DNA from: Bacteroidia bacterium
GTDB lineage: Bacteria; Bacteroidota; Bacteroidia; Bacteroidales; Prolixibacteraceae
Assembly (NCBI GenBank): GCA_037143155.1
Contig: JBAWZG010000001.1
Coordinates: 3,604-67,603, forward strand
Direction: 5' to 3'
Length of the DNA: 64,000 nt
Part shown: positions 10,004 to 19,932 of the stretch, piece after piece
Layout: every line of letters starts with the position of its first letter
How positions within the stretch are numbered: the first letter of the stretch is position 1
Translations under genes and position numbers: made by a program
Notes under the pieces: generated by a model
Told to the model about the DNA's origin: nothing
The model's input: only the letters and a program-made list of their open reading frames with translations
Databases searched by the model: none

Positions 10004-10240
10004 ATGTCTGACGTTGCAGCAAAAGTAAAAGCAATTATTGTTGACAAATTAGGAGTTGATGAAAGTGAAGTAACCAATGAAGCTTCATTCACCAATGACC
10101 TTGGTGCTGATTCACTTGACACCGTTGAATTGATTATGGAATTTGAGAAGGAATTTGATTTGGCTATTCCAGATGATCAAGCCGAAAAAATCTCAACTGT
10201 AGGTGAGGCAATCAACCACATCGAAGCAAATCTGAAGTAA
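10004..10240 (+). CDS. acpP: Acyl carrier protein
   Basis: The 78-aa protein carries the phosphopantetheine site '[16 protein letters not shown]'. Confidence 0.95.
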   Translation: MSDVAAKVKAIIVDKLGVDESEVTNEASFTNDLGADSLDTVELIMEFEKEFDLAIPDDQAEKISTVGEAINHIEANLK

Positions 10241-10259
10241 TAATAATTAAGCAAAATTT

Positions 10260-11501
10260 ATGGAATTTAAACGGGTAGTTGTTACCGGCCTTGGAACTGT
10301 AAACCCGCTTGGTAATTCTATTGAGGAATATTGGGAAGGCTTGAAAAATGGGAAAAGCGGCGCAGGCCCTATTACCCATTTTGATGCCACAACACACAAA
10401 ACAACTTTTGCCTGCGAACTGAAGAATTTCGATCCTTCAGTTTACGTTGAGAAAAAAGAAATCAGGAAACATGATCCGTTTACATTGTATGCGTATGCAG
10501 CAGCAGCGCAGGCAATAGAAGATTCAGGCCTTGATCTCGAAAAACTGAACAAAGAGAGGGCAGGAGTTGTATGGGGTGCCGGTATCGGAGGTTTACAAAC
10601 CTTCTTCGAAGAAACGTTGAATTATAAAAGCGAGATGCCTCGTTATTCTCCTTTCTTTATTCCGAAAATGATTGCCAATATTGCAAGCGGATTGCTATCC
10701 ATTCGATACGGATTCAGGGGCCCAAATTTCACAACGGTAACAGCTTGTGCTTCTTCGTCTACTGCCCTTATCGAAGCGATGAATTATATTCGTCTGGGTA
10801 AAGTGGATGTTTTTATCTCCGGAGGTTCTGAGGCAGCAATTAATCCTGCAGGTTTAGCCGGGTTCAATTCGATGCGAGCCCTCTCTACCCGAAATGATGA
10901 TCCGTTAACAGCATCACGTCCTTTTGATTTGGGCCGCGATGGATTTGTGATGGGAGAAGGTTCAGCTGCCCTCATTTTAGAGGAATATGAACATGCTGTT
11001 AAACGTGGTGCAAAAATTTATGCAGAACTGGCTGGCGGAGGTATGTCGGCCGATGCTTACCACATGACTGCCCCAGACCCTGAATCAGGTGGTGCAATTT
11101 TATGCATGAAATGGGCTTTGGAAGATGCAGGGTTAAATGCGGAAGACATTGATTACATTAATGTTCACGGAACTTCAACTCCTTTGGGAGATATTGCTGA
11201 ACCACAAGCTATCCAGAAATTATTTAAAGAACATGCTTACAAATTAAGCATCAGTTCGACGAAATCGATGACTGGTCACCTTTTGGGAGCCACCGGAGCT
11301 GTTGAAGCAATTGCATGTATCCTCGCAATGCAGGATGGTATTATACCGCCTACAATTAATCACTTTACTGATGATCCTGAAATTGACTCAAAACTTGATT
11401 TCACCTTCAATGTAGCTAAAGAACGCAAAATCAAAACTGCTTTAAGTAATACGTTTGGTTTTGGCGGGCATAACGCTACTGTTATCTTCAAGAAAATCTA
11501 A
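10260..11501 (+). CDS. fabF: Beta-ketoacyl-ACP synthase II
   Basis: It has the active-site 'TACASS', 'HGTSTPLGD' and 'GFGGHNATVIF' motifs, and sits immediately downstream of acpP. Confidence 0.95.
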   Translation: MEFKRVVVTGLGTVNPLGNSIEEYWEGLKNGKSGAGPITHFDATTHKTTFACELKNFDPSVYVEKKEIRKHDPFTLYAYAAAAQAIEDSGLDLEKLNKERAGVVWGAGIGGLQTFFEETLNYKSEMPRYSPFFIPKMIANIASGLLSIRYGFRGPNFTTVTACASSSTALIEAMNYIRLGKVDVFISGGSEAAINPAGLAGFNSMRALSTRNDDPLTASRPFDLGRDGFVMGEGSAALILEEYEHAVKRGAKIYAELAGGGMSADAYHMTAPDPESGGAILCMKWALEDAGLNAEDIDYINVHGTSTPLGDIAEPQAIQKLFKEHAYKLSISSTKSMTGHLLGATGAVEAIACILAMQDGIIPPTINHFTDDPEIDSKLDFTFNVAKERKIKTALSNTFGFGGHNATVIFKKI

Positions 11502-11506
11502 TTAAA

Positions 11507-12262
11507 GTGATACGAACTATAGTTCAAAGAATAAAACTCTTTTCTTCTTCTAGAAAAGAGTTTTATTTATTTTTGAGATCACTGCTGGGTTTTTATCCTA
11601 CAAATTTACGAATTTACGATATCGCTGTCATTCACAAGTCGGCTTCAAAAATTGATTCGCAGGGAAATTACGTGAACAATGAGCGGCTTGAATACCTGGG
11701 TGATGCCATTTTGGGAGCGGCCATTGCCGACTTCTTGTACAACCGGTTCCCAAACCAGGATGAAGGTTACCTGACCCAAATGAGATCAAAACTGGTCAAC
11801 CGCAGCTTTCTGACACAACTTACTTATCAGATTGGTCTCAATCATTTCATTCAGTCGAACACTACCTCGACCATGGAATCGAGTCACATCTATGGCGATA
11901 CCCTTGAGGCACTCATTGGTGCAATCTACCTCGACAAAGGTTATCCGGAAGCTAAAAAATTCATTACCCGCAAACTGCTGAACAATTATGTCAATCTGGT
12001 TGAAGTACAAAATACGAATACCAATTATAAAAGCCAACTGATTGAATGGTCGCAGAAAAATAAAAAAACTGTTTCGTTTGATACGGTCGACGAAAGCAAA
12101 AACGATGGTAAACAGCCCTGGTTTATCGCAACTATTGAAGTCGACAATGAACTTCTTGGAAAAGGTTCCGGGACATCAAAAAAAGAGGCACAACAAAACG
12201 CATCGAAAGTTGCCGTTGATAAAATTAAAGAACTATCAGAAGATGCTTCTTCTTCAGAATAA
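11507..12262 (+). CDS. rnc: Ribonuclease III
   Basis: It has the RNase III signature 'NERLEYLGDAILG' and a C-terminal dsRBD ('GSGTSKKEAQQNAS'). The start is GTG, 6 nt after the fabF stop. Confidence 0.9.
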   Translation: MIRTIVQRIKLFSSSRKEFYLFLRSLLGFYPTNLRIYDIAVIHKSASKIDSQGNYVNNERLEYLGDAILGAAIADFLYNRFPNQDEGYLTQMRSKLVNRSFLTQLTYQIGLNHFIQSNTTSTMESSHIYGDTLEALIGAIYLDKGYPEAKKFITRKLLNNYVNLVEVQNTNTNYKSQLIEWSQKNKKTVSFDTVDESKNDGKQPWFIATIEVDNELLGKGSGTSKKEAQQNASKVAVDKIKELSEDASSSE

Positions 12263-12431
12263 ACTGACAAAATAAGACTATCCGTTTCCATTTACGACCA
12301 AATTTCAGGGCGAAAATTAAGGCAATTCTATTCATTTTCTGATCCTATCCGGTTGTTGTTAACGAACAAAAACCGATGTTAAATATTGTTAAGTATTTAT
12401 TATCAGCGACTTTTAAGGCTATATTTGTGCT

Positions 12432-14048
12432 ATGAGCAGAAGGGTAATTATAACTTTGATTGTTTTAATGGTTTTGGTAATGACCAGCTTAATTCTGGTA
12501 CAAACTAATTCTATCATAAAAGCACTTGAGATTAAGGAAGAACAATTTGACGCTGCAGTTAAAAGTGCCCTGATACAGGTTTCCAACCGTCTCGAATTAG
12601 AAGAGGTGTCTTTACTTGCAGAACATGACCGGACTCTCTTCCCAAAAAGGAACAGCGGTATTTTTCCGGGGAACAATCAACATTCTATTTCCGAGACCCT
12701 AAGTCAGCAGAATGCGCTGCTTTCATTCCGATATTCTCAAAAAGCTTCAGGAAGTACAGTTACTGAAGAGTTGAAAATTGACTATAATGTGCCGAAGAAG
12801 GATGAAAAGAATGAAAGAGGACGTCCGGGCGATTACCCGAATGCGTTTGATGTCATTCATGAATACAATAGTTTTGTTAGTCAGAAATACGAGGAGCGAA
12901 TGGATCAAAAAGCCCGTATGCTTGAACTGCAGACCTTTGCTGCTCTACTTTCAGAATCGCCCATCGAAGACCGGATTAACGCAAGTACACTCGGACTTTC
13001 GATTAAAATGGAATTAAAACGTCAGGGAATCAACCTGGATTTCAAACATGCCGTTAAAACATTTCCACAAGGCAAAGAACGATTCATTTCCGGAGATAAA
13101 AATTACAGTTCAAACCAGCAGAATGAATACCGGATCGTATTGTTCCCAAACGATGAAAATCCGAAACCAAACTGGCTATATGTGTACTTTCCAAAACAGA
13201 ATACCTTTTTGCTGAAAGAAACCGGCATTCTGGTCATTCCGACCTTTGTGCTTACAGCCATGCTGATCGGAATTTTTGTATTTACCATCCTGATTATCCT
13301 GAGGCAGAAGAAACTCTCGAACATCAAAAACGACTTCATTAACAACATGACTCACGAGCTGAAAACTCCGATTTCAACCATTTCACTGGCCAGTCAGATG
13401 TTGCGTGACAATACGGTTAACAATACCCCCAAAAGCATTGATCACATCTCCGGAATAATTTATCAGGAAAGTAAACGCCTGACAACTCAGGTTGAAAAAG
13501 TGCTGCAAATGGCAGTCTTCAATGAAGGCAACCTGAAGCTTAAATTTAAGGAAGTTAATATCAACAGCTTAATTCATTCCGTAGTTTTAAACTTTGAACT
13601 GCGAGTCAAGTCAAAGAACGGTGAATTAACTTCAGAGTTAAAAGCTGATCCCGCCATCATAAAAGGCGATGAAGTTCATATTACGAATGTTTTGTTTAAC
13701 TTGCTCGACAATGCAGTAAAATATAGCAAGGACGAACCGAAAATCATCATTTCTACCGAACTCAAAGATGAATATCTGGTAGTTTCAGTAAAAGATCATG
13801 GAATCGGAATTCTAAGCGAACATGTTGGCCAGATATTTGAACGGTTCTACCGCGTCCCGACAGGCAATGTTCACGATGTAAAAGGCTTCGGTCTTGGATT
13901 GAGTTACGTTAAGAAAATTGTTGACGCCCATAAAGGCAAAATAAAAGTTGAAAGTGCACTGAATAAAGGAACAAAATTCATGATATATTTTCCAATTAAC
14001 TTAGAAGAACATGGAAAAAAAAGTAAAATTGCTTTTGGCCGAGGATGA
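12432..14048 (+). CDS. Sensor histidine kinase (two TM helices, HisKA plus HATPase_c)
   Basis: It has the H-box 'NNMTHELKTPIS', the N-box 'LLDNAVKYS' and the G-boxes 'DHGIGI' and 'GFGLGLS'. Confidence 0.85.
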   Translation: MSRRVIITLIVLMVLVMTSLILVQTNSIIKALEIKEEQFDAAVKSALIQVSNRLELEEVSLLAEHDRTLFPKRNSGIFPGNNQHSISETLSQQNALLSFRYSQKASGSTVTEELKIDYNVPKKDEKNERGRPGDYPNAFDVIHEYNSFVSQKYEERMDQKARMLELQTFAALLSESPIEDRINASTLGLSIKMELKRQGINLDFKHAVKTFPQGKERFISGDKNYSSNQQNEYRIVLFPNDENPKPNWLYVYFPKQNTFLLKETGILVIPTFVLTAMLIGIFVFTILIILRQKKLSNIKNDFINNMTHELKTPISTISLASQMLRDNTVNNTPKSIDHISGIIYQESKRLTTQVEKVLQMAVFNEGNLKLKFKEVNINSLIHSVVLNFELRVKSKNGELTSELKADPAIIKGDEVHITNVLFNLLDNAVKYSKDEPKIIISTELKDEYLVVSVKDHGIGILSEHVGQIFERFYRVPTGNVHDVKGFGLGLSYVKKIVDAHKGKIKVESALNKGTKFMIYFPINLEEHGKKSKIAFGRG

Positions 14049-14703
14049 TGAAAACCTTGGTATGTTACTTAAAGAATACCTGGTTGCCAAAGGATATGAA
14101 ACCGATTTGTTTCCAGACGGAGAGGCTGCCTATAAAGGATTCACGAAGAACAATTCGTATAATCTCTGCATTCTGGATATTATGATGCCAAAAAAAGATG
14201 GAATTACCCTGGCAAAAGATATTCGCTTACTCAATATGGATATTCCGATAATTTTTCTGACTGCCAAAAATCTCAAGGAAGATGTCCTGGAAGGATTCAA
14301 GATTGGTGCCGACGATTATATCACCAAACCGTTCAGTATGGAAGAATTGATCTTTCGTATCGAAGCCATTATGCGGCGGATCAGTCAGGATACCAATTCG
14401 CTGGAAGATGCGATTTACAAACTTGGAATCTACACCTTCGATTCGCGCAAACAAATTCTTTCAGGTGGAGAAGAAGAAGTTAAGTTAACCACCAAAGAGG
14501 CCGAACTGCTCCGACTGCTTTGCAACAACGCCAACAAGGTTTTAGAGCGCAACTTTGCCCTGAAAACCATCTGGATCGACGACAACTATTTCAATGCCCG
14601 TAGTATGGACGTATACATTACCAAACTCAGGAAACATCTGAAAGATGATCCAAAGGTTGAAATCATCAATGTTCACGGCAAAGGCTATAAACTGATCATG
14701 TAA
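14011..14703 (+). CDS. OmpR/PhoB-type response regulator (receiver plus winged helix)
   Basis: 'LLLAEDDENL', 'DIMMPKKDG', 'LTAK' and a C-terminal 'LTTKEAELLRLL...GKGYKL' are present. It overlaps the kinase gene by 38 nt. Confidence 0.9.
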   Translation: MEKKVKLLLAEDDENLGMLLKEYLVAKGYETDLFPDGEAAYKGFTKNNSYNLCILDIMMPKKDGITLAKDIRLLNMDIPIIFLTAKNLKEDVLEGFKIGADDYITKPFSMEELIFRIEAIMRRISQDTNSLEDAIYKLGIYTFDSRKQILSGGEEEVKLTTKEAELLRLLCNNANKVLERNFALKTIWIDDNYFNARSMDVYITKLRKHLKDDPKVEIINVHGKGYKLIM

Positions 14704-14728
14704 TCTGAAACCTGGAAATCATAGAGAT

Positions 14729-14760
14729 AAAATCCTGCTGAAAAGCGGGATTTTTTGTTT
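14729..14760. terminator. Rho-independent terminator after the response regulator, shared with the convergent GH18 gene
   Basis: aatcctgc (14731-14738) pairs with gcgggatt (14745-14752), including one G-U pair, and is followed by tttttt. Confidence 0.6.
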
Positions 14761-14762
14761 TG

Positions 14763-16004
14763 TTATTCCTTTATAAATAAGCCAGAACAAATACCTTCCG
14801 GAGAATTTAACCGGCAAATGTAAGTTCCATTGGCTAAGGAAGAAATATCGATTCGACTTATCTGGCCTGTCCCATTTTCAGGATTGAATGTTTTAACCAA
14901 TTCTCCCAGAACATTCAGCACATCAACCGATGAAGTTTTCCTTGATGAAAAATTATCAATGACCAGTTCATTTCCTGCAGGATTTGGATAAATTGAAATG
15001 CCTTTGGTTTTTTCAAGAATATTGGAAGCTGAGGTTTTTAACGAGTCTACCGTTGACGAGATCACTTTCAGTAATGATTTGTCGCTTTTAACATCATTCG
15101 ATAATTCCCAGATCATTACTCCTGAAGTTTCAGCCATGGCCAGCTTTGTCTTCTTCCAAATTGTTGACATCCCATTATAATAGATCGTATCACCAACCTC
15201 GTCTTTTTGCCAGGCATCCGGATATTTGGCCAAGATGTCAACGTAGTTGAAGCTTCCGGGCATTTTGTAAAAACCGTATCCGTAAAATGGAAGTCCCAAA
15301 CACAGATTTTCTTTTTTTACTCCCCGGATTTTCCATGCTTTAATCATTTGCTGGGCATACCAGTATGGCGAGTGCTGTCCGGGATCTGACAAATTCCAGT
15401 TTCCCTTGTAATCGTATGCCATCAGATTGACCCAATCGAAAAGTGGCAGGCATGAATTTGGAATATTCTCAGCTCCCCAGCCTACTGCAGCGGTCAGAAG
15501 CTTTCCCTGAGGTTTTAATGAGTCGCCCAACTGTTTGATAAAAGTTCCATAATAAGAATTGATGGCCGGACCTTCTTCATCAACATCCAAACCATCAAGC
15601 TTGAATTTGTTCAAATAGATAACGATTTTATGTATGAACCCGGCCCTTTTTGCTGAAGTACTGATCAGATCCTGATAATATGTCTTGACCGGAACGTCTG
15701 CAGAGCCTGCTCCTCCAAGTGAAATCAGAACTTTTACATTATTTTGGTGAGCCTTTTCAATTAGAATAGCCAATCCCGTATTGCTTTCAACCAGGTCGCC
15801 GGTTGAATTAGGATTTTGAAACGCATAGTTGATGTGTGTGACCTGTTTGTAATTAAAATTCTGAGCAAATGAACTGACATTGATCCAATTGGGAACGTAG
15901 CCAACGATTCGGAATGAACTGGTCTGACCATTCAGATTTACTGTTACAGTTATCAGAAGTAGGAATACTGAAAGTAAAAGAGAATTCTTTCTGAATAGAT
16001 GCAT
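14763..16004 (-). CDS. GH18 chitinase-like glycoside hydrolase with a T9SS C-terminal sorting domain
   Basis: The catalytic DxxDxDxE motif is intact ('DGLDVDEE'). It also has a signal peptide and a C-terminal ~80 aa 'ISIYPNPAGNELVI...NGTYICRL...GLFIKE' typical of Por/T9SS CTDs. Confidence 0.75.
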   Translation of the reverse strand: MHLFRKNSLLLSVFLLLITVTVNLNGQTSSFRIVGYVPNWINVSSFAQNFNYKQVTHINYAFQNPNSTGDLVESNTGLAILIEKAHQNNVKVLISLGGAGSADVPVKTYYQDLISTSAKRAGFIHKIVIYLNKFKLDGLDVDEEGPAINSYYGTFIKQLGDSLKPQGKLLTAAVGWGAENIPNSCLPLFDWVNLMAYDYKGNWNLSDPGQHSPYWYAQQMIKAWKIRGVKKENLCLGLPFYGYGFYKMPGSFNYVDILAKYPDAWQKDEVGDTIYYNGMSTIWKKTKLAMAETSGVMIWELSNDVKSDKSLLKVISSTVDSLKTSASNILEKTKGISIYPNPAGNELVIDNFSSRKTSSVDVLNVLGELVKTFNPENGTGQISRIDISSLANGTYICRLNSPEGICSGLFIKE

Positions 16005-16065
16005 GATGTAAATATTATTTAAATACTCATGTGGTGGAAATTTCAGTCAGCCTCTGCTCATTTAA

Positions 16066-17853
16066 TCAATCCAGTTTCAAGACCGCTAAAAATGCATTCT
16101 GCGGAACTTCCACATTGCCTACCTGCTTCATGCGTTTTTTTCCTTTTTTCTGTTTCTCGAGCAGTTTGCGTTTACGGGTAATGTCACCTCCATAGCATTT
16201 GGCTGTAACGTCCTTCCGCACTGCTTTTACAGTTTCGCGCGAAATGATTTTTGCCCCAATGGCTGCCTGAATGGCAATATCGAACTGCTGGCGTGGAATC
16301 AACTCTTTCAGTTTCTCGCACATCCGTTTACCAAAACTATAGGCATTGCTGACATGAATCAGCGTCGATAAAGCATCAACCATTTCGCCGTTCAGGAGGA
16401 TATCCAAACGCACCAGTTTGGCCGGACGGAAATCGAGCATGTGGTAATCGAACGAAGCATATCCTTTCGAAATACTTTTCAGTTTATCGTAAAAGTCGAA
16501 AACAATTTCGCCCAGTGGAAGATCGAAAACCATCTCCACACGGTCGATAGTCAGATAATCCTGTTTTAAAAGCAATCCACGTTTCTCCAGACATAAAGTC
16601 ATGATTGGCCCGATATAATCGGAAGCAGTGATGATATTGGCACGGATAAACGGCTCATCAATATCGTCGATGGTAGTTGTGGCCGGAAGTCCGGAAGGGT
16701 TGTACACATTGATTGTTTCTCCTTTGGTGGTATGCACGTGGTATAGCACGTTGGGAACCGTTGTAATCACGTTCATATCGTACTCGCGATCGAGGCGCTC
16801 CTGAACAATTTCCATATGCAACAGTCCGAGGAATCCGCAACGGAAACCAAAGCCAAGCGCAGCTGACGATTCAGGCTCATAGGTGAGTGAAGCATCATTT
16901 AACTGCAGTTTCTCCATCGACGAACGAAGGTCTTCATAATCCTCTGAATCAATGGGGTAAACTCCGGCAAAAACCATCGGTTTAACTTCTTCAAAACCAT
17001 CAATGGCCTTTTCGCAGGGTGCTTTCGAATGCGTTACGGTATCTCCTACTTTTACTTCGCGGGCCATTTTAATACCGCAAATAATGTATCCAACGCTTCC
17101 GGCCTTCAATTCAGGACGTTCAAACATCCCGAGTTTCAGTGCTCCGACTTCGTCGACAACATATTCTTTTGATGCATTAACAAATTTTACCTGATCGCCT
17201 TTCCGGATTACACCATTTTCAACCTTCAAATAAGCAATCACTCCACGGAACGAATTAAAAACGGAGTCGAAAATTAATGCCTGAAGCGGGGCGTCATCAA
17301 CGCCCTTTGGTTCAGGAATATCATTGACGATTCGTTCCAGAATTTCTTCGATGCCGAGACCAGTTTTCCCACTCGCCCGGATAATATCTGTCCTTCGGCA
17401 GCCAATCAAACCAATAATCTGATCTTCGACGACTTCAGGCATGGCATTGTCAAGATCCATTTTATTCAGGATTGGGATAATTTCCAGATCATGATCAATG
17501 GCCAAATATAAATTCGAAATGGTTTGTGCCTGAATTCCCTGGGTTGAATCAATAATGAGCAAGGCACCTTCGCATGCAGCGATCGAGCGCGAAACTTCGT
17601 ACGAAAAATCAACGTGTCCGGGTGTGTCAATCAGGTTCAGGATATATTCCTGATCTTTGTATGTGTATAACATCTGGATGGCGTGGCTCTTTATGGTGAT
17701 TCCACGTTCCTGTTCGAGATCCATACTGTCGAGCACCTGAGCTTTCATAGCCCGGCCGTCAACAGTTTTGGTATATTCAAGCAGCCTGTCGGCCAGTGTA
17801 CTTTTTCCGTGATCGATATGCGCAATAATGCAAAAATTACGTATGTTCTTCAT
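16066..17853 (-). CDS. lepA: Translation elongation factor 4
   Basis: '[20 protein letters not shown]', 'DTPGHVDF', 'NKMD' and the conserved LepA C-terminal domain are present. Confidence 0.97.
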   Translation of the reverse strand: MKNIRNFCIIAHIDHGKSTLADRLLEYTKTVDGRAMKAQVLDSMDLEQERGITIKSHAIQMLYTYKDQEYILNLIDTPGHVDFSYEVSRSIAACEGALLIIDSTQGIQAQTISNLYLAIDHDLEIIPILNKMDLDNAMPEVVEDQIIGLIGCRRTDIIRASGKTGLGIEEILERIVNDIPEPKGVDDAPLQALIFDSVFNSFRGVIAYLKVENGVIRKGDQVKFVNASKEYVVDEVGALKLGMFERPELKAGSVGYIICGIKMAREVKVGDTVTHSKAPCEKAIDGFEEVKPMVFAGVYPIDSEDYEDLRSSMEKLQLNDASLTYEPESSAALGFGFRCGFLGLLHMEIVQERLDREYDMNVITTVPNVLYHVHTTKGETINVYNPSGLPATTTIDDIDEPFIRANIITASDYIGPIMTLCLEKRGLLLKQDYLTIDRVEMVFDLPLGEIVFDFYDKLKSISKGYASFDYHMLDFRPAKLVRLDILLNGEMVDALSTLIHVSNAYSFGKRMCEKLKELIPRQQFDIAIQAAIGAKIISRETVKAVRKDVTAKCYGGDITRKRKLLEKQKKGKKRMKQVGNVEVPQNAFLAVLKLD

Positions 17854-17904
17854 TCCTGAATTTTCTAAAAACCTTATTAATCAAATCCTCTGATCGTATT
17901 GCCG

Positions 17905-17912
17905 CAAAGATA
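17905..17912 (-). promoter_or_regulatory. Candidate Bacteroidota -7 promoter box for lepA
   Basis: The minus strand reads TATCTTTG, matching the TAnnTTTG consensus, about 52 nt upstream of the lepA ATG. Confidence 0.35.
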
Positions 17913-17949
17913 TTCAATTTTTGGTAAAGACAACCCATGCCAATTTGCC

Positions 17950-17982
17950 AAACCTGAGAGGTTTTGAAAACCTGTCAGGTTT
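17950..17982. repeat. Hairpin repeat, copy A (aaacctga...ttttgaaaacctgtcaggttt)
   Basis: It shares a 22-nt core, ttttgaaaacctgtcagg[t/a]ttca, with 35966-35998. The stem arms are 17950-17958 and 17974-17982. Confidence 0.55.
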
Positions 17983-18060
17983 CAGTGTAGTAAAAAACTG
18001 CCCTGATTTTCCGATTCAGACTGAATATACCTACATTTACGGCATTCAAAAAAATACATT

Positions 18061-18519
18061 ATGAAGATATTTTGGTATCTGATCTTTATCCTGCTTGTCG
18101 TATCGGCCTGCAAAGAAGTGTATGATCCGCCTCATCAAGCCTTTGCTGGAACTTACTTTCTGAATGCCAACACGCAAAAGGCGTTTTCTTCAAATATCAC
18201 GGTATGGGGAGATGGCCGGAAAGATTTATGGCTAAAAGATACCACAGTTCAAAAAGTAATGCTGCCACTTTCATCCAACGACACAACAAAACTTATGATT
18301 TCATTTGACTCATATGTTGACACGATAACCTTTATTCATGAAACATATCAAAAATATGAGTCTATGGAAACAGGATTCTATTTTGAATATAAATTAAAAT
18401 CAATCGATTACACACATCACCGAATTGCTGACATACAAATTGCTGACAGTCTGGTAACTATAAATTGGCATGAGAATATTATACTATACCTTCGTCCTTT
18501 GCCTGCTGGCGGTATTTAG
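18061..18519 (+). CDS. Hypothetical lipoprotein
   Basis: It has a lipoprotein signal peptide, 'LLVVSAC'. I recognise no catalytic motif. Its 3' end overlaps the next ORF by 50 nt. Confidence 0.5.
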   Translation: MKIFWYLIFILLVVSACKEVYDPPHQAFAGTYFLNANTQKAFSSNITVWGDGRKDLWLKDTTVQKVMLPLSSNDTTKLMISFDSYVDTITFIHETYQKYESMETGFYFEYKLKSIDYTHHRIADIQIADSLVTINWHENIILYLRPLPAGGI

Positions 18520-19234
18520 CTTTGGTCAGGCTGAAAAGGAAAAGAAAGTAGCACCAAAAAGAACAGATAATTTTATCCGGATGCGTGGAATTCGGGTGGG
18601 CATGGATTTGACCCGTCCTTTCCAGTATTTATGGGTGAAAGGAACCCGGTATGGCTATGAGTTTTCTGCTGATATGGAACTCAGACCCAATCTGTTCCCG
18701 GTATTCGAAAACGGATATGACATCATGAAAATCACAACCAAATACATAAATTACAAAGGACAGGGCACTTATTCGAGAATCGGAGTAGACTACAATTTAC
18801 TGGAAGCAAAAAGCATCAACGAAAGGGATCTTTTTTACGTCGGATTCCGGTATGGTTTTACACTGGCCAATCAACAAGTTAAACAATATATGATTGATTC
18901 CTACTGGGGATCAACAACAAGCCAGTTCGGTAATCAGAGTTATTTCGCTCATTGGGGTGAAATTCTTGTTGGCATCAAAGGCGAAATATTTCACAACTTC
19001 TATATGGGATGGTCTGTACGTGGAAAAGTAAGGTTCAACAAGGCCGATCTGAACATGCCACCAGTATACTTCATCCCGGGTTATGGCCTTGCAGAGAAAA
19101 AATTCACCCTCGATTTTACTTATTCAGTGTTCTATAACCTTCCATGGGATTTCCGAAAACAGATAGTAAATAAAAAAGTAGAGCCTGCGAAGGGAACTAC
19201 CCAAGTGGCAAAAAACCAGGCAACTAAAAAATAA
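18470..19234 (+). CDS. Hypothetical outer-membrane beta-barrel-like protein
   Basis: It has a signal peptide (MRILYYTFVLCLLAVFSFGQ), alternating aromatic/hydrophobic beta-strand patterning and a Lys-rich C-terminal tail. Confidence 0.5.
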   Translation: MRILYYTFVLCLLAVFSFGQAEKEKKVAPKRTDNFIRMRGIRVGMDLTRPFQYLWVKGTRYGYEFSADMELRPNLFPVFENGYDIMKITTKYINYKGQGTYSRIGVDYNLLEAKSINERDLFYVGFRYGFTLANQQVKQYMIDSYWGSTTSQFGNQSYFAHWGEILVGIKGEIFHNFYMGWSVRGKVRFNKADLNMPPVYFIPGYGLAEKKFTLDFTYSVFYNLPWDFRKQIVNKKVEPAKGTTQVAKNQATKK

Positions 19235-19307
19235 CCATCTTAATTTAACTGAACTTTGTGACATTAAATCATCCGAATTCTACCCCATGGTAAAACCGTG
19301 ATAAAAT

Positions 19308-19340
19308 AAAAATGACCAGCATTGCCGGTCATTTTTATTT
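19308..19340. terminator. Bidirectional rho-independent terminator
   Basis: aaaaatgacc (19308-19317) pairs with ggtcattttt (19327-19336) as a 10-bp stem. An A-tract lies upstream and a T-tract downstream. It serves both the + gene ending at 19234 and the - gene ending at 19359. Confidence 0.7.
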
Positions 19341-19358
19341 TATCCTACTCACAAAAGA

Positions 19359-19559
19359 TTATTTTACATCTTTTTTTGGAGTTTCAGCTTTTGCGTCTTT
19401 TGAACAGCCAGCTTTTGCATCTTTGCAGCATGCTTTCTTTTCAGTAGCAGTGCATTCAGTTTTTGCTTTTGTTTTGTCGTCTTTTGTTGATGCACTTACA
19501 GTTGATACAGCTAAGCCCATTGTAAAGGCCATTGCTAAAACCATTGCTAATTTTTTCAT
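19359..19559 (-). CDS. Small secreted Lys/Ala/Cys-rich protein (66 aa)
   Basis: It starts with a canonical signal peptide, MKKLAMVLAMAFTMGLAVSTVSA|S. The mature ~43 aa contains 4 Cys (C-x8-CC-x6-C) and KDAKA repeats. A terminator lies directly downstream. Confidence 0.55.
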   Translation of the reverse strand: MKKLAMVLAMAFTMGLAVSTVSASTKDDKTKAKTECTATEKKACCKDAKAGCSKDAKAETPKKDVK

Positions 19560-19932
19560 GATATCAATTTTTTATTGGTTACTATTAAAAACTATGGCCA
19601 AGCTAAAGATATTTTCCAGAACAAAAAAGCTCATTAACAATTATTTAGAATAATTACAAATAGCAATTCTTTACCAACCATAGGGAACCTGGTACTATTT
19701 CCATTTCAGAATATCCTAATTTACTCAACTGCTGATAATTAAAATCTTATCCTGTCAATGTGCCGACCCAGTTGAAACGCTAATCCTCTTTTGTTTTTTT
19801 AACAGAATCTCAGACTTATTGTGTGCCAAAAAACCTGCAATTTTTAAGATCACAGCAGTTGAATAAACACATTTGCGATGGATCATTTTCTCTGCTTTTC
19901 ACTTTCTGAATTCAATCCGGTTGGAGAAGTGC

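Noticed and set aside
14015-14022. A8 homopolymer in the 38-nt overlap between the histidine kinase and response regulator genes, considered as a slippage switch
   Set aside because: Both reading frames are intact and end or start sensibly. A8 encoding Lys-Lys is common in AT-rich genomes, and there is no evidence of variability in a single sequence.
19312-19653. 113-aa plus-strand ORF overlapping the small secreted-protein gene
   Set aside because: Its ATG lies inside the stem of the bidirectional terminator (19308-19340). Its product is low-complexity F/A/S/V text, the expected complement of Lys/Ala/Glu codons, and it has no signal or motif. The minus-strand ORF has a canonical signal peptide and correct terminator placement.
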